A stretch of DNA of 64,000 bases, taken from Candidatus Moraniibacteriota bacterium (GTDB lineage: Bacteria; Patescibacteriota; Minisyncoccia; Moranbacterales; UBA2206). Location: assembly GCA_013334765.1 (NCBI GenBank), contig JAAXWW010000001.1:172589-236588 (forward strand), read 5' to 3'. Shown piece after piece: positions 1-8,659 of the stretch (the stretch's first letter is position 1; every line of letters begins with the position of its first letter). The notes beneath the pieces were generated by a model that saw only the letters and a list, made by a program, of their open reading frames with translations, did not search any database and had not been told where the DNA came from. Both the position numbers and the translations under genes were made by a program.

Positions 1-104
1 AGATGTTCGAAGAAATCGTGAGGGGTGATGCGGATTGCGTGCTGAATTATTTCTTAGAGAATAAAGATAAGGTTAAGGGGGAGATAGTGGTAATTGCTTA
101 TTAA
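1..104 (+). CDS. rsmI: 3' end of 16S rRNA (cytidine1402-2'-O)-methyltransferase (partial)
   Basis: Frame from position 3 reads MFEEIVRG...KVKGEIVVIAY*, like the RsmI C-terminus; usual position upstream of metG-tatD. Confidence 0.7.
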   Translation, partial: MFEEIVRGDADCVLNYFLENKDKVKGEIVVIAY

Positions 105-110
105 AAGGGG

Positions 111-641
111 TGTCATTCCCGCGCGATTGCGGTAAAGGTAACGTATCGATTATAAATACATGAAAGATCTAATAAAAAATAATTTGATTGTCGAATTGCA
201 TGTCCCTAATCTAGAGGTTGTGAAGGATTTTTATTCTAAACTCGGATTTTCTGTTTCAATGTATGACAAATCAAATGATAAAGAGCTGGGATACCTAACT
301 ATGACTAGATCAGATAAAATGGGTAGAACCATGCTTAATTTTTATGGTGGAGATGAACGGGTTTATAATCAATCATTCTTCAAACAATTTCCCAGAGATA
401 CGAAACGGGGATATGCTGCAGAAATAACCATAGTCACTGAAAAAGTAGAGGAATTATATAATGCGATTAGGCTCGAATTAAAAGAGTGTATAGTCAGAGA
501 AATAAAGGTCCTGGAAGACCATGACCACAAATGGAAGGATTTCAGAATGATTGACCCATTCGGATTTTATTTAAGATTTACTGAACTTATTGATTGGGGA
601 CAAAAATTCTAAGCCTGGATTCCCGCCTTTGCGGGAATGAC
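111..641. repeat. REP/dRS3-like palindrome halves flanking the VOC gene
   Basis: TGTCATTCCCGCG at 111-123 and CTGGATTCCCGCCTTTGCGGGAATGAC at 615-641 (ATTCCC-N8-GGGAAT core). Confidence 0.6.
160..612 (+). CDS. VOC/glyoxalase family protein
   Basis: ELHVPNLEVVKDFYSKLGF N-terminus and DFRMIDPFGFYLRF C-terminus. Confidence 0.8.
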   Translation: MKDLIKNNLIVELHVPNLEVVKDFYSKLGFSVSMYDKSNDKELGYLTMTRSDKMGRTMLNFYGGDERVYNQSFFKQFPRDTKRGYAAEITIVTEKVEELYNAIRLELKECIVREIKVLEDHDHKWKDFRMIDPFGFYLRFTELIDWGQKF

Positions 642-656
642 GAGGAAGAGAGTGGA

Positions 657-980
657 ATGATAATAAAAATGAAAAGAATAAAAGTAAGTGTTTGTTTGTT
701 GTTATGGGGATTTATCCCTTATTATGTTAATGCATGTTACTCGACTCCTATACAAGATAATGTGAGAGACTTGATGGCTAATGTAGGAGTCCCTATGGCA
801 TGGCTGTTGATGTTTGTGTTTCTTTCCCACATTGTCGTTTCTTTGGTTAAGATTGAGGACAAACGAAAGAGGAAAATCAAAGAAACGTTACTCTATATAG
901 GAATTATTTCATTTACTATTATAATGTGTATAGCAATTTTATCATTTTATTATGGTAGCTGTACTTCGAGAAATTTTTAA
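657..980 (+). CDS. small hypothetical membrane protein
   Basis: Two to three hydrophobic segments; start moved to ATG 657 after the palindrome. Confidence 0.55.
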   Translation: MIIKMKRIKVSVCLLLWGFIPYYVNACYSTPIQDNVRDLMANVGVPMAWLLMFVFLSHIVVSLVKIEDKRKRKIKETLLYIGIISFTIIMCIAILSFYYGSCTSRNF

Positions 981-984
981 AACT

Positions 985-2400
985 ATGAAAAATAAATTCT
1001 ACATAACAACGACTCTGCCGTACGTGAATGCCAATCCGCATATCGGTTTTGCCAAAGAAATAATCGAGGCGGATGTTTTGGCGCGATTCTATCGTGGGAA
1101 GTTGGGAGCTGAAAACGTCTTTTTCAACACCGGAGTCGATGAGCATGGGCTCAAGATTTTCAGGAAGGCAGAAGAGCTCGGAATAAGCCCGCAGGATTAT
1201 TGCGATGATAAGGCGCCGGAATTCGACAAACTGAAGCAGGCTCTCAACCTTAGCTATGACCATTTCATAAGAACAACCGATAAGAATCATGTCGAGGCGG
1301 CGCAGGAATTCTGGAGATTATGCGATAAGAGCGGTGATATATACAAAAAGATATACAAGGTTAAATATTGCGTCGGGTGCGAACTGGAGAAGACCGATTC
1401 AGAGCTTATTGACGGAAAGTGTCCACTTCATCCGAATGCGGAACTTGAAATAATCGAGGAAGAGAATTATTTTTTCCGCTTTTCCAAATATCAAGAAAAG
1501 CTCCTTGAACTTTTTAAGAATAACCCTGGTTTCGTTCTGCCTCAGAAGAGGCTTAATGAAGTGAAGAGCTTTATGGAAAGGGGACTGGAGGATTTCAGCA
1601 TCTCCCGTCTCAAAAGCAAGATGCCTTGGGGAGTGCCTGTTCCTGAAAATGATGAGCATGTCATGTATGTCTGGTTCGATGCGCTCGTGAATTATATCTC
1701 GACGCTAGGATGGCCGAATAATAAGGATAATTTCGAGAAATTCTGGCCGGGATTCCAGGTGTGCGGAAAAGACAATCTTCGCCAACAGTCAGCTATGTGG
1801 CAAGCCATGCTTATGTCGGCTGATCTTCCTAATTCTGAGCAAATATTTATTAATGGCTTCATAACGGTGGATGGGCAGAAAATGAGCAAGAGCATTGGGA
1901 ATGTCATTTCTCCGATTGAAATGGCGGATAAATTCGGAATCGACGCGACGAGGTATCTTCTTTTGGCCGGAGGTAATTTCGGAGAGGACTTCGACATTAC
2001 CTGGGAAAAGCTTGTTGAAAAATATAATGCCGATCTTGCTAACGGACTTGGGAATTTGGTTTCGCGAGTCATCAAGTTGAGTGAGGGGGGTGACGGAATA
2101 AGGAAGGAAAAAAAAGCGATTGCTGATATGTCTTCGTATTTTTCCAATATGGAACTGGGTCAGGGGCTTGAGTTTATATGGAATATGATATCGGAAGATA
2201 ACAAGTTCATCGAAGAGAACAAGCCTTGGGAACTCAAGAAAAACGATCAGGAAAAATTCAGATCCGTCATGGAAAAACTCATAACCGATCTTCATTCCAT
2301 TTCCGAGCTGCTCATTCCGTTCATGCCTGAAACTTCCGAGAAGATAAAAAAAGCCCTTGAAGAAGGGAAGACGGAAATATTATTTCAAAGGATAAGATAA
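985..2400 (+). CDS. metG: methionine--tRNA ligase
   Basis: FYITTTLPYVNANPHIG (HIGH-like), YVWFDAL, KMSKS; start at ATG 985. Confidence 0.97.
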   Translation: MKNKFYITTTLPYVNANPHIGFAKEIIEADVLARFYRGKLGAENVFFNTGVDEHGLKIFRKAEELGISPQDYCDDKAPEFDKLKQALNLSYDHFIRTTDKNHVEAAQEFWRLCDKSGDIYKKIYKVKYCVGCELEKTDSELIDGKCPLHPNAELEIIEEENYFFRFSKYQEKLLELFKNNPGFVLPQKRLNEVKSFMERGLEDFSISRLKSKMPWGVPVPENDEHVMYVWFDALVNYISTLGWPNNKDNFEKFWPGFQVCGKDNLRQQSAMWQAMLMSADLPNSEQIFINGFITVDGQKMSKSIGNVISPIEMADKFGIDATRYLLLAGGNFGEDFDITWEKLVEKYNADLANGLGNLVSRVIKLSEGGDGIRKEKKAIADMSSYFSNMELGQGLEFIWNMISEDNKFIEENKPWELKKNDQEKFRSVMEKLITDLHSISELLIPFMPETSEKIKKALEEGKTEILFQRIR

Positions 2401-2404
2401 TCAT

Positions 2405-3259
2405 ATGTTAATCGACACGCATGCGCATCTGAATTTCGGGGCGTTCAGGGAGGACGCGGATGAAGTCATCAAGAGGTCGCTTGACGCGGGGATGATGATC
2501 GTCAACGTCGGGTCGCAATATTCCACTTCGGCGCGCGCCGTCAAATATGCCAAGAAATATCCGGGCAAGCTCTTTGCGGCAGTCGGAACGCACCCGATCC
2601 ATCTTCACGCGGGGAATTTCAGCTACAAGGATCAGGACGACGAGCTTCTTATTGAGGAAATAGCGACGATCGGTGAGGATGTCGATTTCGAGAAATATCG
2701 CGAGCTGGCTTTGGAAAAGGAAGTGGTGGCAATCGGGGAGATCGGGCTGGATTATCATCATTTCAATGAGGGCGATGACAGGGAAAGGATGAAGGCAAGG
2801 CAGAAGGAGGTTTTCCTGGGATTCATCAATCTGGCAAACGTTGTCGGCAAGCCAGTCATGATCCATTGCTGGGACGCATATGAGGACCTCCTGGAAATCC
2901 TGGAAAGCAACCCAGTCAAGAAGGCAGGGATCATCCATAGCTTTATCGGAGGGTATAGGACTGCCAAGAGATTCATCGAACTGGGGTATAAAATCGGGCT
3001 TAACGGCATCGTGACCTATGGCATAAGCTATGACCGGCTCATCAAAGAAACGGATTTGAGCGATATCGTCCTGGAAACGGATTGCCCATATCTGGCTCCG
3101 GGACCCAAGAAAGGTGAGAGGAACGAGCCTCTCTACACGGCCTATGTCGCTGAGAAAATCGCTGAAATAAAGAATATGACTGAGAAAGAGGTTGCTGAAA
3201 TAACAAGCCGAAATGCTCGAGAAATGCTTGAAATGGAGACAAATTGCAATTCAAACTAG
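2405..3259 (+). CDS. tatD: TatD family deoxyribonuclease
   Basis: IDTHAH, AIGEIGLDY, LETDCPYLAP motifs. Confidence 0.95.
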   Translation: MLIDTHAHLNFGAFREDADEVIKRSLDAGMMIVNVGSQYSTSARAVKYAKKYPGKLFAAVGTHPIHLHAGNFSYKDQDDELLIEEIATIGEDVDFEKYRELALEKEVVAIGEIGLDYHHFNEGDDRERMKARQKEVFLGFINLANVVGKPVMIHCWDAYEDLLEILESNPVKKAGIIHSFIGGYRTAKRFIELGYKIGLNGIVTYGISYDRLIKETDLSDIVLETDCPYLAPGPKKGERNEPLYTAYVAEKIAEIKNMTEKEVAEITSRNAREMLEMETNCNSN

Positions 3260-3281
3260 ATTACAGGGGGGGGGGCAAAAC

Positions 3282-4266
3282 CTTAATGTGACAGATACAT
3301 ATTGAACACTATGAATATGATTCGAATTTTTCCATCGGCGTCATCAGATTCAATGATAAGTGCGGCCTTTTGAAATTGTATTCCTGCAGGAATATCTGGA
3401 ACTGGCTATTGAGGTCATGCAGGTCCTTAGCCGGCCTGTATCGCCAAAAGAAGAATTCTTCCTCATCGGTCCGGAATGATCTTTCGATGACCGCGTTCTC
3501 GTTGGGAGTCCGCTTGTGGATGAAGTGGTGCTTGATCTTCGAGCTTTCCAAAAAATTATCGAATGCTGATTGGAATTCCGCCCCGTTGTCGGTCTGGATG
3601 AAATGCACGCCAAAAGGCAGCGTGGGCAGCAGCACCTTCAGGGCGGCTACCGATGAATGGGCATCCAGGTAGGGAACGATCACGGCCTGCTTGTAACGCG
3701 AATATATGTCGATCACGGCGTATTCGAAGCAGGTATGCGGCAAGCCTGAGAGTTCGGGAGTGATGTATTTGACGTCCATCTGCAAATATCCCGGACGTTC
3801 TGCATTCCTAGTATGCATATGGGTGGTGGGTTGTAATTTAGGTCGGCGGTATTGCGTTTGCTTGGGGATCAATCTGCGCTTGTCCAGAAAACGATGGACG
3901 GTCCGGCGATGATAGTCCAAGCCCAGGATGTATCTCAGTTTGATCGCTCCGTAATTCGTTTCCTTTCTGGCGATAGTAATCTGATCCTGATGCGCTGAAA
4001 CAATCGTTGTTTCTCTGACAGTCTTCGGACGGGTTGATTTCCTTTCCAGGTTTGCTGAGCTCAAAGCCAGGTTCGAATGGATGCTCCTGGCTCGCTTTTT
4101 CCAAAAAATCACCGTGCCCGGGCTGATGCCGAGCATTCTAGCCGTTGCCCTGATTCTACCCTGATTCTTCTTCAATGTTAAGATGATTTCCCTTGGCTTT
4201 TTGCGCATATTGTTGCTTTCACTGCTATTGTAGCGGAAAGTGTTCAATATGTTGTGTCACAATAAG
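3282..4266 (-). mobile_element. IS481-family insertion sequence (985 bp)
   Basis: Imperfect terminal IRs CTTAATGTGACAGATACATATTGAACACT and (reverse complement) CTTATTGTGACACAACATATTGAACACT; 6-bp direct repeat CAAAAC at 3276-3281 and 4267-4272. Confidence 0.88.
3309..4208 (-). CDS. IS481-family DDE transposase
   Basis: N-terminal HTH; LQMDVKY, IQTDNGAEF, NAVIERSFRT, YNFKRPHLSL; likely start ATG 4208. Confidence 0.9.
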   Translation of the reverse strand: MRKKPREIILTLKKNQGRIRATARMLGISPGTVIFWKKRARSIHSNLALSSANLERKSTRPKTVRETTIVSAHQDQITIARKETNYGAIKLRYILGLDYHRRTVHRFLDKRRLIPKQTQYRRPKLQPTTHMHTRNAERPGYLQMDVKYITPELSGLPHTCFEYAVIDIYSRYKQAVIVPYLDAHSSVAALKVLLPTLPFGVHFIQTDNGAEFQSAFDNFLESSKIKHHFIHKRTPNENAVIERSFRTDEEEFFFWRYRPAKDLHDLNSQFQIFLQEYNFKRPHLSLNLMTPMEKFESYS

Positions 4267-4272
4267 CAAAAC

Positions 4273-4301
4273 TTGACAAAGTAACAAGTTAGGTGTAAAA
4301 T
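4273..4301 (+). promoter_or_regulatory. sigma70 promoter of the DGR target gene
   Basis: TTGACA (4273-4278), 17-bp spacer, TAAAAT (4296-4301). Confidence 0.7.
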
Positions 4302-4409
4302 TCAAAGCTAGTTCTTTTCAGGCGAGCCTATGGTTTTGACGCAGTGTTGAGATTGGGGCTGGCCATTAAACATGCGCCACTGTAAAGTGACCGCAAAAGG
4401 AGACTTGCG

Positions 4410-5132
4410 ATGAAAGATGCAACCTTGAAACAGGCAGGAAAAGTATTGACGCTCATGGAAAACACCCCGTGCGAGCAGTTGCAGGAACTTTTGGGATCGG
4501 GACTGCTTTCTGATTTGCTGAGCTGCGATACGAAGCGCATTAGCCGTGACGAATTCAGGAAAATGTGCGGACTCAAGCCTCTCGTCCCCGAACCAGTGGT
4601 ACGCCTTTGGCAAGAACGGGATGGCGTGATTCGCTTCACGCTTCCGCCCACCGACGGAACGACCGGACCGCAGTGGATTGATCGCCTCGAAGGAAAAGGC
4701 TTCAGGCTTTCGAAGTGGGCAAAAGATGTCCTCAATTCGGAGGACTTCAAGCCGACGAGCGGTGTGATCTGCGAGATCGCGGTGCTCAAGGGGATGCTCT
4801 GGAATGACAACAAGCGCATAATCAAGAACATCCGCGCAGATGCCGACAATCGCAAACTGACCAAACCGAGCGCCGAGGTCGCCTGCATGATCCGCGAGAT
4901 GTTCTCGGATGATGAGATCGAAGCCATGGGTCTTTTCTTTGTTGTCACAATGCATGAACCCATCATCGATTCCGATGGTGGTCCGGATCTTCTCTATGCG
5001 CGCCGTGACGGTGGCGGTCGTTGGATGCACACGGCGTGTGTCGGGCCTGACTATGAGTGGCGTTGCGGCTATGGTTTTGCCTTCGTCGCCTCGCAAGTTG
5101 TCAGTGCTCAGGACTCGGCCACTCAGAGCTAG
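4410..5132 (+). CDS. DGR target (variable) protein, probable C-terminal CLec-like domain
   Basis: 3' end holds the VR matching TR; strong AAAGGAG SD; ends ...GYGFAFVASQ... Confidence 0.9.
   Translation: MKDATLKQAGKVLTLMENTPCEQLQELLGSGLLSDLLSCDTKRISRDEFRKMCGLKPLVPEPVVRLWQERDGVIRFTLPPTDGTTGPQWIDRLEGKGFRLSKWAKDVLNSEDFKPTSGVICEIAVLKGMLWNDNKRIIKNIRADADNRKLTKPSAEVACMIREMFSDDEIEAMGLFFVVTMHEPIIDSDGGPDLLYARRDGGGRWMHTACVGPDYEWRCGYGFAFVASQVVSAQDSATQS
4967..5096 (+). repeat. DGR variable repeat (VR)
   Basis: 130-bp ungapped match to 5428-5557 with 9 mismatches, 8 opposite TR adenines. Confidence 0.92.
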
Positions 5133-5153
5133 TCCTCTCTAGAATCAAAAACG

Positions 5154-5194
5154 GAGCCTCGCGTGGAAATTATCACGCGGGGCTCTTTTATTTT
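5154..5194 (+). terminator. hairpin and T-tract after the DGR target
   Basis: GAGCCTCGCGTG / CACGCGGGGCTC stem (one G-T pair), 8-nt loop, then TTTTATTTT; may also act as the post-VR hairpin. Confidence 0.75.
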
Positions 5195-5195
5195 A

Positions 5196-5204
5196 TGCTA
5201 AAAT
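5196..5204 (+). promoter_or_regulatory. extended -10 promoter upstream of TR
   Basis: TG-C-TAAAAT directly after the terminator. Confidence 0.5.
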
Positions 5205-5427
5205 AAAACAGGTAGTAGGAAAGAACGCGGGCGATCACGGTTTCCCGCTTCCGAATCCAGTATCCATGTGTCGAGATTATCCGCGACCAAGGTTTCGGAT
5301 AGGGTGACGCATGCAGAAACTTCAAAAAATGAAGATACTTGGTGTGAAATGCTAGGGCATTTAAGATGCCGAATAAGATTCAACCCCGAGAGTATTCGAA
5401 GGGTGGTGGCAAGGGTGGCATTTCGCG

Positions 5428-5557
5428 CAATTCCGATGGTGGTCCGGATCTTCTCTATGCGCGCCGTGACGGTGGCGGTCGTTGGATGCACACGGCGTGT
5501 GTCAGGCCTGACAATGAGTGGAATCGCGACAATGGTTTTGCCTTCGTCGCCTCGAAA
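5428..5557 (+). repeat. DGR template repeat (TR)
   Basis: Adenine-bearing copy of VR (AAT/GAC codons where VR has GAT, TAT, CGT, GGC); lies between target and avd/RT. Confidence 0.92.
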
Positions 5558-5563
5558 TTCTCT

Positions 5564-5990
5564 TTATTTTTCCTCTCCCTTATTGTTGGGAGAGGTTTTC
5601 TTTACAAGACTTCCATACCGACCGCCAAGATCTTTGCCGATCGAGTTCAGTTTTTCAGAAAGGAGAATATATTTTTTATCATCTAAAGATTTTGTTTCCC
5701 AAAGAATATTGAGAAAAATTTTTAGAACATCGGATTTACGAATGGCTAATCGGATGTATGGAATTTTTTCCTCGCCCTTCAAAAAAGCAGCAGCTGCAAC
5801 TGATTCGATTATTCCCATAAACAACCTGTCCGTCTTTTGCCCGAGGGTATATCTATGAGTGGTTGGTAAAATGCGATAATATCCGTACCATAATAAATAC
5901 AAATCTTTTACCTTATGGAAAACAGAAGGAAGATTAGTGCCGGGGGGGGGGTCTAAAAACAGAGTTTTTAGAAAAATTCAATTGGAGCAT
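5564..5990 (-). CDS. avd: Avd-like four-helix-bundle accessory protein, frameshifted at a C10 tract
   Basis: LPTTHRYTLGQK...LNSIGKDLGG Avd-like motifs between TR and RT; ATG 5990 joins this frame only if the tract is C9. Confidence 0.8.
5572..5603 (+). terminator. hairpin downstream of TR, within the antisense avd 3' end
   Basis: CCTCTCCC-N8-GGGAGAGG followed by TTTTCTTT. Confidence 0.55.
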
Positions 5991-7010
5991 AGCTTTAAAG
6001 AAATTGTTAGCGTTGAAAACCTGCTCGAAGCTTGGGAGGAATTCATAAGAGGTAAAAGGAAAAAGAGAGATGTTCAAGTTTTCCAAATAAGATTGATGGA
6101 TAACATCCTTGCGTTGCATGAAGATCTTATTAATCATACCTACAAGCACGGAGGATATCAAGCTTTCAAGATAAACGATCCAAAGCCGAGAGACATTCAC
6201 AAGGCGAAAGTTCGCGATCGGCTGTTGCATCATGCAGTTTATAGAATCTTATATCCGTTTTTCGACAGAACATTTATTTCAGATTCGTATTCATGCAGAC
6301 TGAACAAGGGAAGTCATAAGGCAATTAGGAGATTCAGAAAATTCGCGAATAAGGCAAGCAATAACAATACGCGAACATGCTGGATTCTTAAGTGCGACAT
6401 CAGAAAATTCTTCGCCAATATCGATCACGAAATTTTAATGGGCATATTGAAAGAATATATTCTGGACAAGAATATTATTGATCTTCTGGAAAATATTATT
6501 GAAAGTTTTCATTCGCATGACAAGGGAATCGGTCTGCCGCTGGGAAATCTCACTTCGCAATTGTTCGTGAATATCTACATGAACGAATTCGACCAGTTTG
6601 TAAAGCACAAGCTTAAAGCAATGTTTTATATCCGCTATGCCGACGATTTTATGATTCTTTCTGAAAACAAGAAATGGCTGGAAGATCAAATGCCGGTTCT
6701 ACAGGAATTTCTCCAGAAAGAATTGCGACTTGAAATGCATCCCGACAAGGTTTATATCAAGACGCTTTCCTTAGGAGTGGATTTCCTGGGCTGGGTGAAT
6801 TTCTTTGACCATAGGGTGTTGAGAAAATCGACCGGAAAGAGAATGGCGAAAAGGTTAAGCAAGACGCATGATCAGGCGGTTCTTAGCTCCTATCTGGGTA
6901 TTTTATTTCATGGAAATACAGAAAAATTGGTGCAAAAATTTTTCAATGTTGACTTTTTCCGTTTTTTGGGCAAAAATAGAAATGTTGAAGAAAACACGCT
7001 AGGTTCTTGA
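5915..7010 (+). CDS. DGR reverse transcriptase (ATG 5915 out of frame at G10; alternative GTG 5937 in frame)
   Basis: KVRDRLLHHA, LKCDIRKFF, GLPLGNLTSQ (DGR-type SQ), YIRYADDF, VDFLG; no maturase or endonuclease domain. Confidence 0.93.
5942..5951. repeat. G10 homopolymer shared by the RT and avd 5' ends
   Basis: Ten consecutive G in the head-to-head overlap. Confidence 0.9.
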
Positions 7011-7011
7011 T

Positions 7012-7281
7012 ATGGAAAAGGAAAAAGGCAAAAACGAGGCTCCGTGGTGGCAGCCCTCTTTGATTTTGTTCTATCGGCTGAGCGGCTGGATTGCCGGACC
7101 GGTCATTATTGCGGTTTTCCTGGGAAAGTATCTGGACAGCAGATACGGGACCGAACCTTGGCTTTTTCTTTTGACGGTCGGAATCGCTTTTTTCGTTTCA
7201 ACCATCGGAATCGTCAAGGATTCCATGCGGGAAATGAAAAGGATTGACGAAAAAAACAAGAAGAGCAAGGAGGATAAATAG
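7012..7281 (+). CDS. AtpZ/AtpI family protein
   Basis: Two TM helices, GKYLDSRYGTEPW motif; first gene of the atp operon. Confidence 0.85.
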   Translation: MEKEKGKNEAPWWQPSLILFYRLSGWIAGPVIIAVFLGKYLDSRYGTEPWLFLLTVGIAFFVSTIGIVKDSMREMKRIDEKNKKSKEDK

Positions 7282-7309
7282 GATTCGAAATTCTTAATTT
7301 TGCAAAGCT

Positions 7310-8179
7310 ATGGCTGCTCATGTCCAAGAATTAAATACTGTTTCCGAGGAGGCTGCGATTCCTGCCAGCCAGGAAGTCTCTCATGAGTCGACATTGTTCG
7401 CCGAGCCGATTTTGAAAGTCGGGAATTTCACCATAACCAATTCATTGATTGCCAGCTGGATAACCGTCGTTATCCTGGTTTTGTTTTTCATCGCCATCGG
7501 GAAGAAAGTGCGGACTGTTCCGAAGGGCGCGCAGAATATTTTCGAATTCCTGCTTGAGAAGGCTCTCGAGATGGCCGACAGCGTGACTGGATCAAGGAAA
7601 AAGTCCGAGAAATTCCTGCCGATTTCGCTGGCTCTTTTTTTGTTTATCCTGGTCAACAACTGGCTGGGGCTTTTGCCCGGGTTCGGAACTATCGGTTTCA
7701 TTGAAGCGGAGGAAGGGCGCAGCGTTTTCGTGCCACTGCTTCGCGGAGGAACGGCCGACATCAATACTACGCTGGCTTTGGCCCTTTTTGCAATCATAGC
7801 CTCGCATGTCATGGGGGCTCTTACTATCGGGATATGGAGTCATTTCAATAAATTCGTGAATCTGAAGGCTTTTCATGAGATACCTAGGAAGATAAAAAAG
7901 GACATTTCGATAGTTCTGGTGAATCCGATCAAGGCTTTCGTCGGCATAGTCGAGCTTATCGGCGAGGTGGCCAAGGTTGCGTCGCTGTCTTTCAGGCTTT
8001 TCGGAAATATCTTCGCTGGCGAAGTCCTTCTGGCTTCGATGATGATGCTGTTCGCATTTTTTCTCCCATTGCCGTTCATGTTTTTGGAAATAATAGTCGG
8101 GATGATCCAGGCGCTCATATTCGCCATGCTGACTTTGGTCTTCATGTCGATCGCGACGCAGGATCATAGCGAACATTGA
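7310..8179 (+). CDS. atpB: ATP synthase F0 subunit a
   Basis: SLSFRLFGNIFAGE, IQALIFAMLT. Confidence 0.97.
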   Translation: MAAHVQELNTVSEEAAIPASQEVSHESTLFAEPILKVGNFTITNSLIASWITVVILVLFFIAIGKKVRTVPKGAQNIFEFLLEKALEMADSVTGSRKKSEKFLPISLALFLFILVNNWLGLLPGFGTIGFIEAEEGRSVFVPLLRGGTADINTTLALALFAIIASHVMGALTIGIWSHFNKFVNLKAFHEIPRKIKKDISIVLVNPIKAFVGIVELIGEVAKVASLSFRLFGNIFAGEVLLASMMMLFAFFLPLPFMFLEIIVGMIQALIFAMLTLVFMSIATQDHSEH

Positions 8180-8246
8180 TTTTGCTAATAAATTTTTAAG
8201 TTTCTGTTTTAGGGCGACTATAAACGAATAACATAAGTCGACCTGA

Positions 8247-8477
<231 letters not shown>

Positions 8478-8544
8478 TTAGCGGTTTTCTCCAGTCCCGT
8501 TTCGGCGGGGTTGGGATAAAATCATTAAATGGAATTTGTCCGGA

Positions 8545-8633
8545 TTTTTTCCTGCAGATATTATCATTTTACTTGCCTTTCGTTCGCTTCGCTCACACGG
8601 AAGCCGCAAAATGATAATATCTGCAGGAAAAAA
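8545..8633. repeat. perfect 26-bp inverted repeat with 37-nt spacer
   Basis: TTTTTTCCTGCAGATATTATCATTTT (8545-8570) and its reverse complement (8608-8633). Confidence 0.85.
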
Positions 8634-8659
8634 AAGAAACTCTCGGGCGTTAAAACAAT

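Noticed and set aside
5198-5858. ORFs across TR (5198-5491, 5268-5858, 5366-5686, 5518-5712)
   Set aside because: They are by-products of the VR-like repeat and the antisense avd; TR acts as RNA and none has a convincing start.
5934-6233. 99-aa minus-strand ORF inside RT
   Set aside because: Shadow of RT; only its last 18 codons matter, as the out-of-frame avd start.
5937-7010. RT as a group II intron, retron or CRISPR-associated RT
   Set aside because: No maturase or endonuclease domain, intron structure, msr/msd or cas genes; the SQ motif, adjacent avd and TR/VR pair indicate a DGR.
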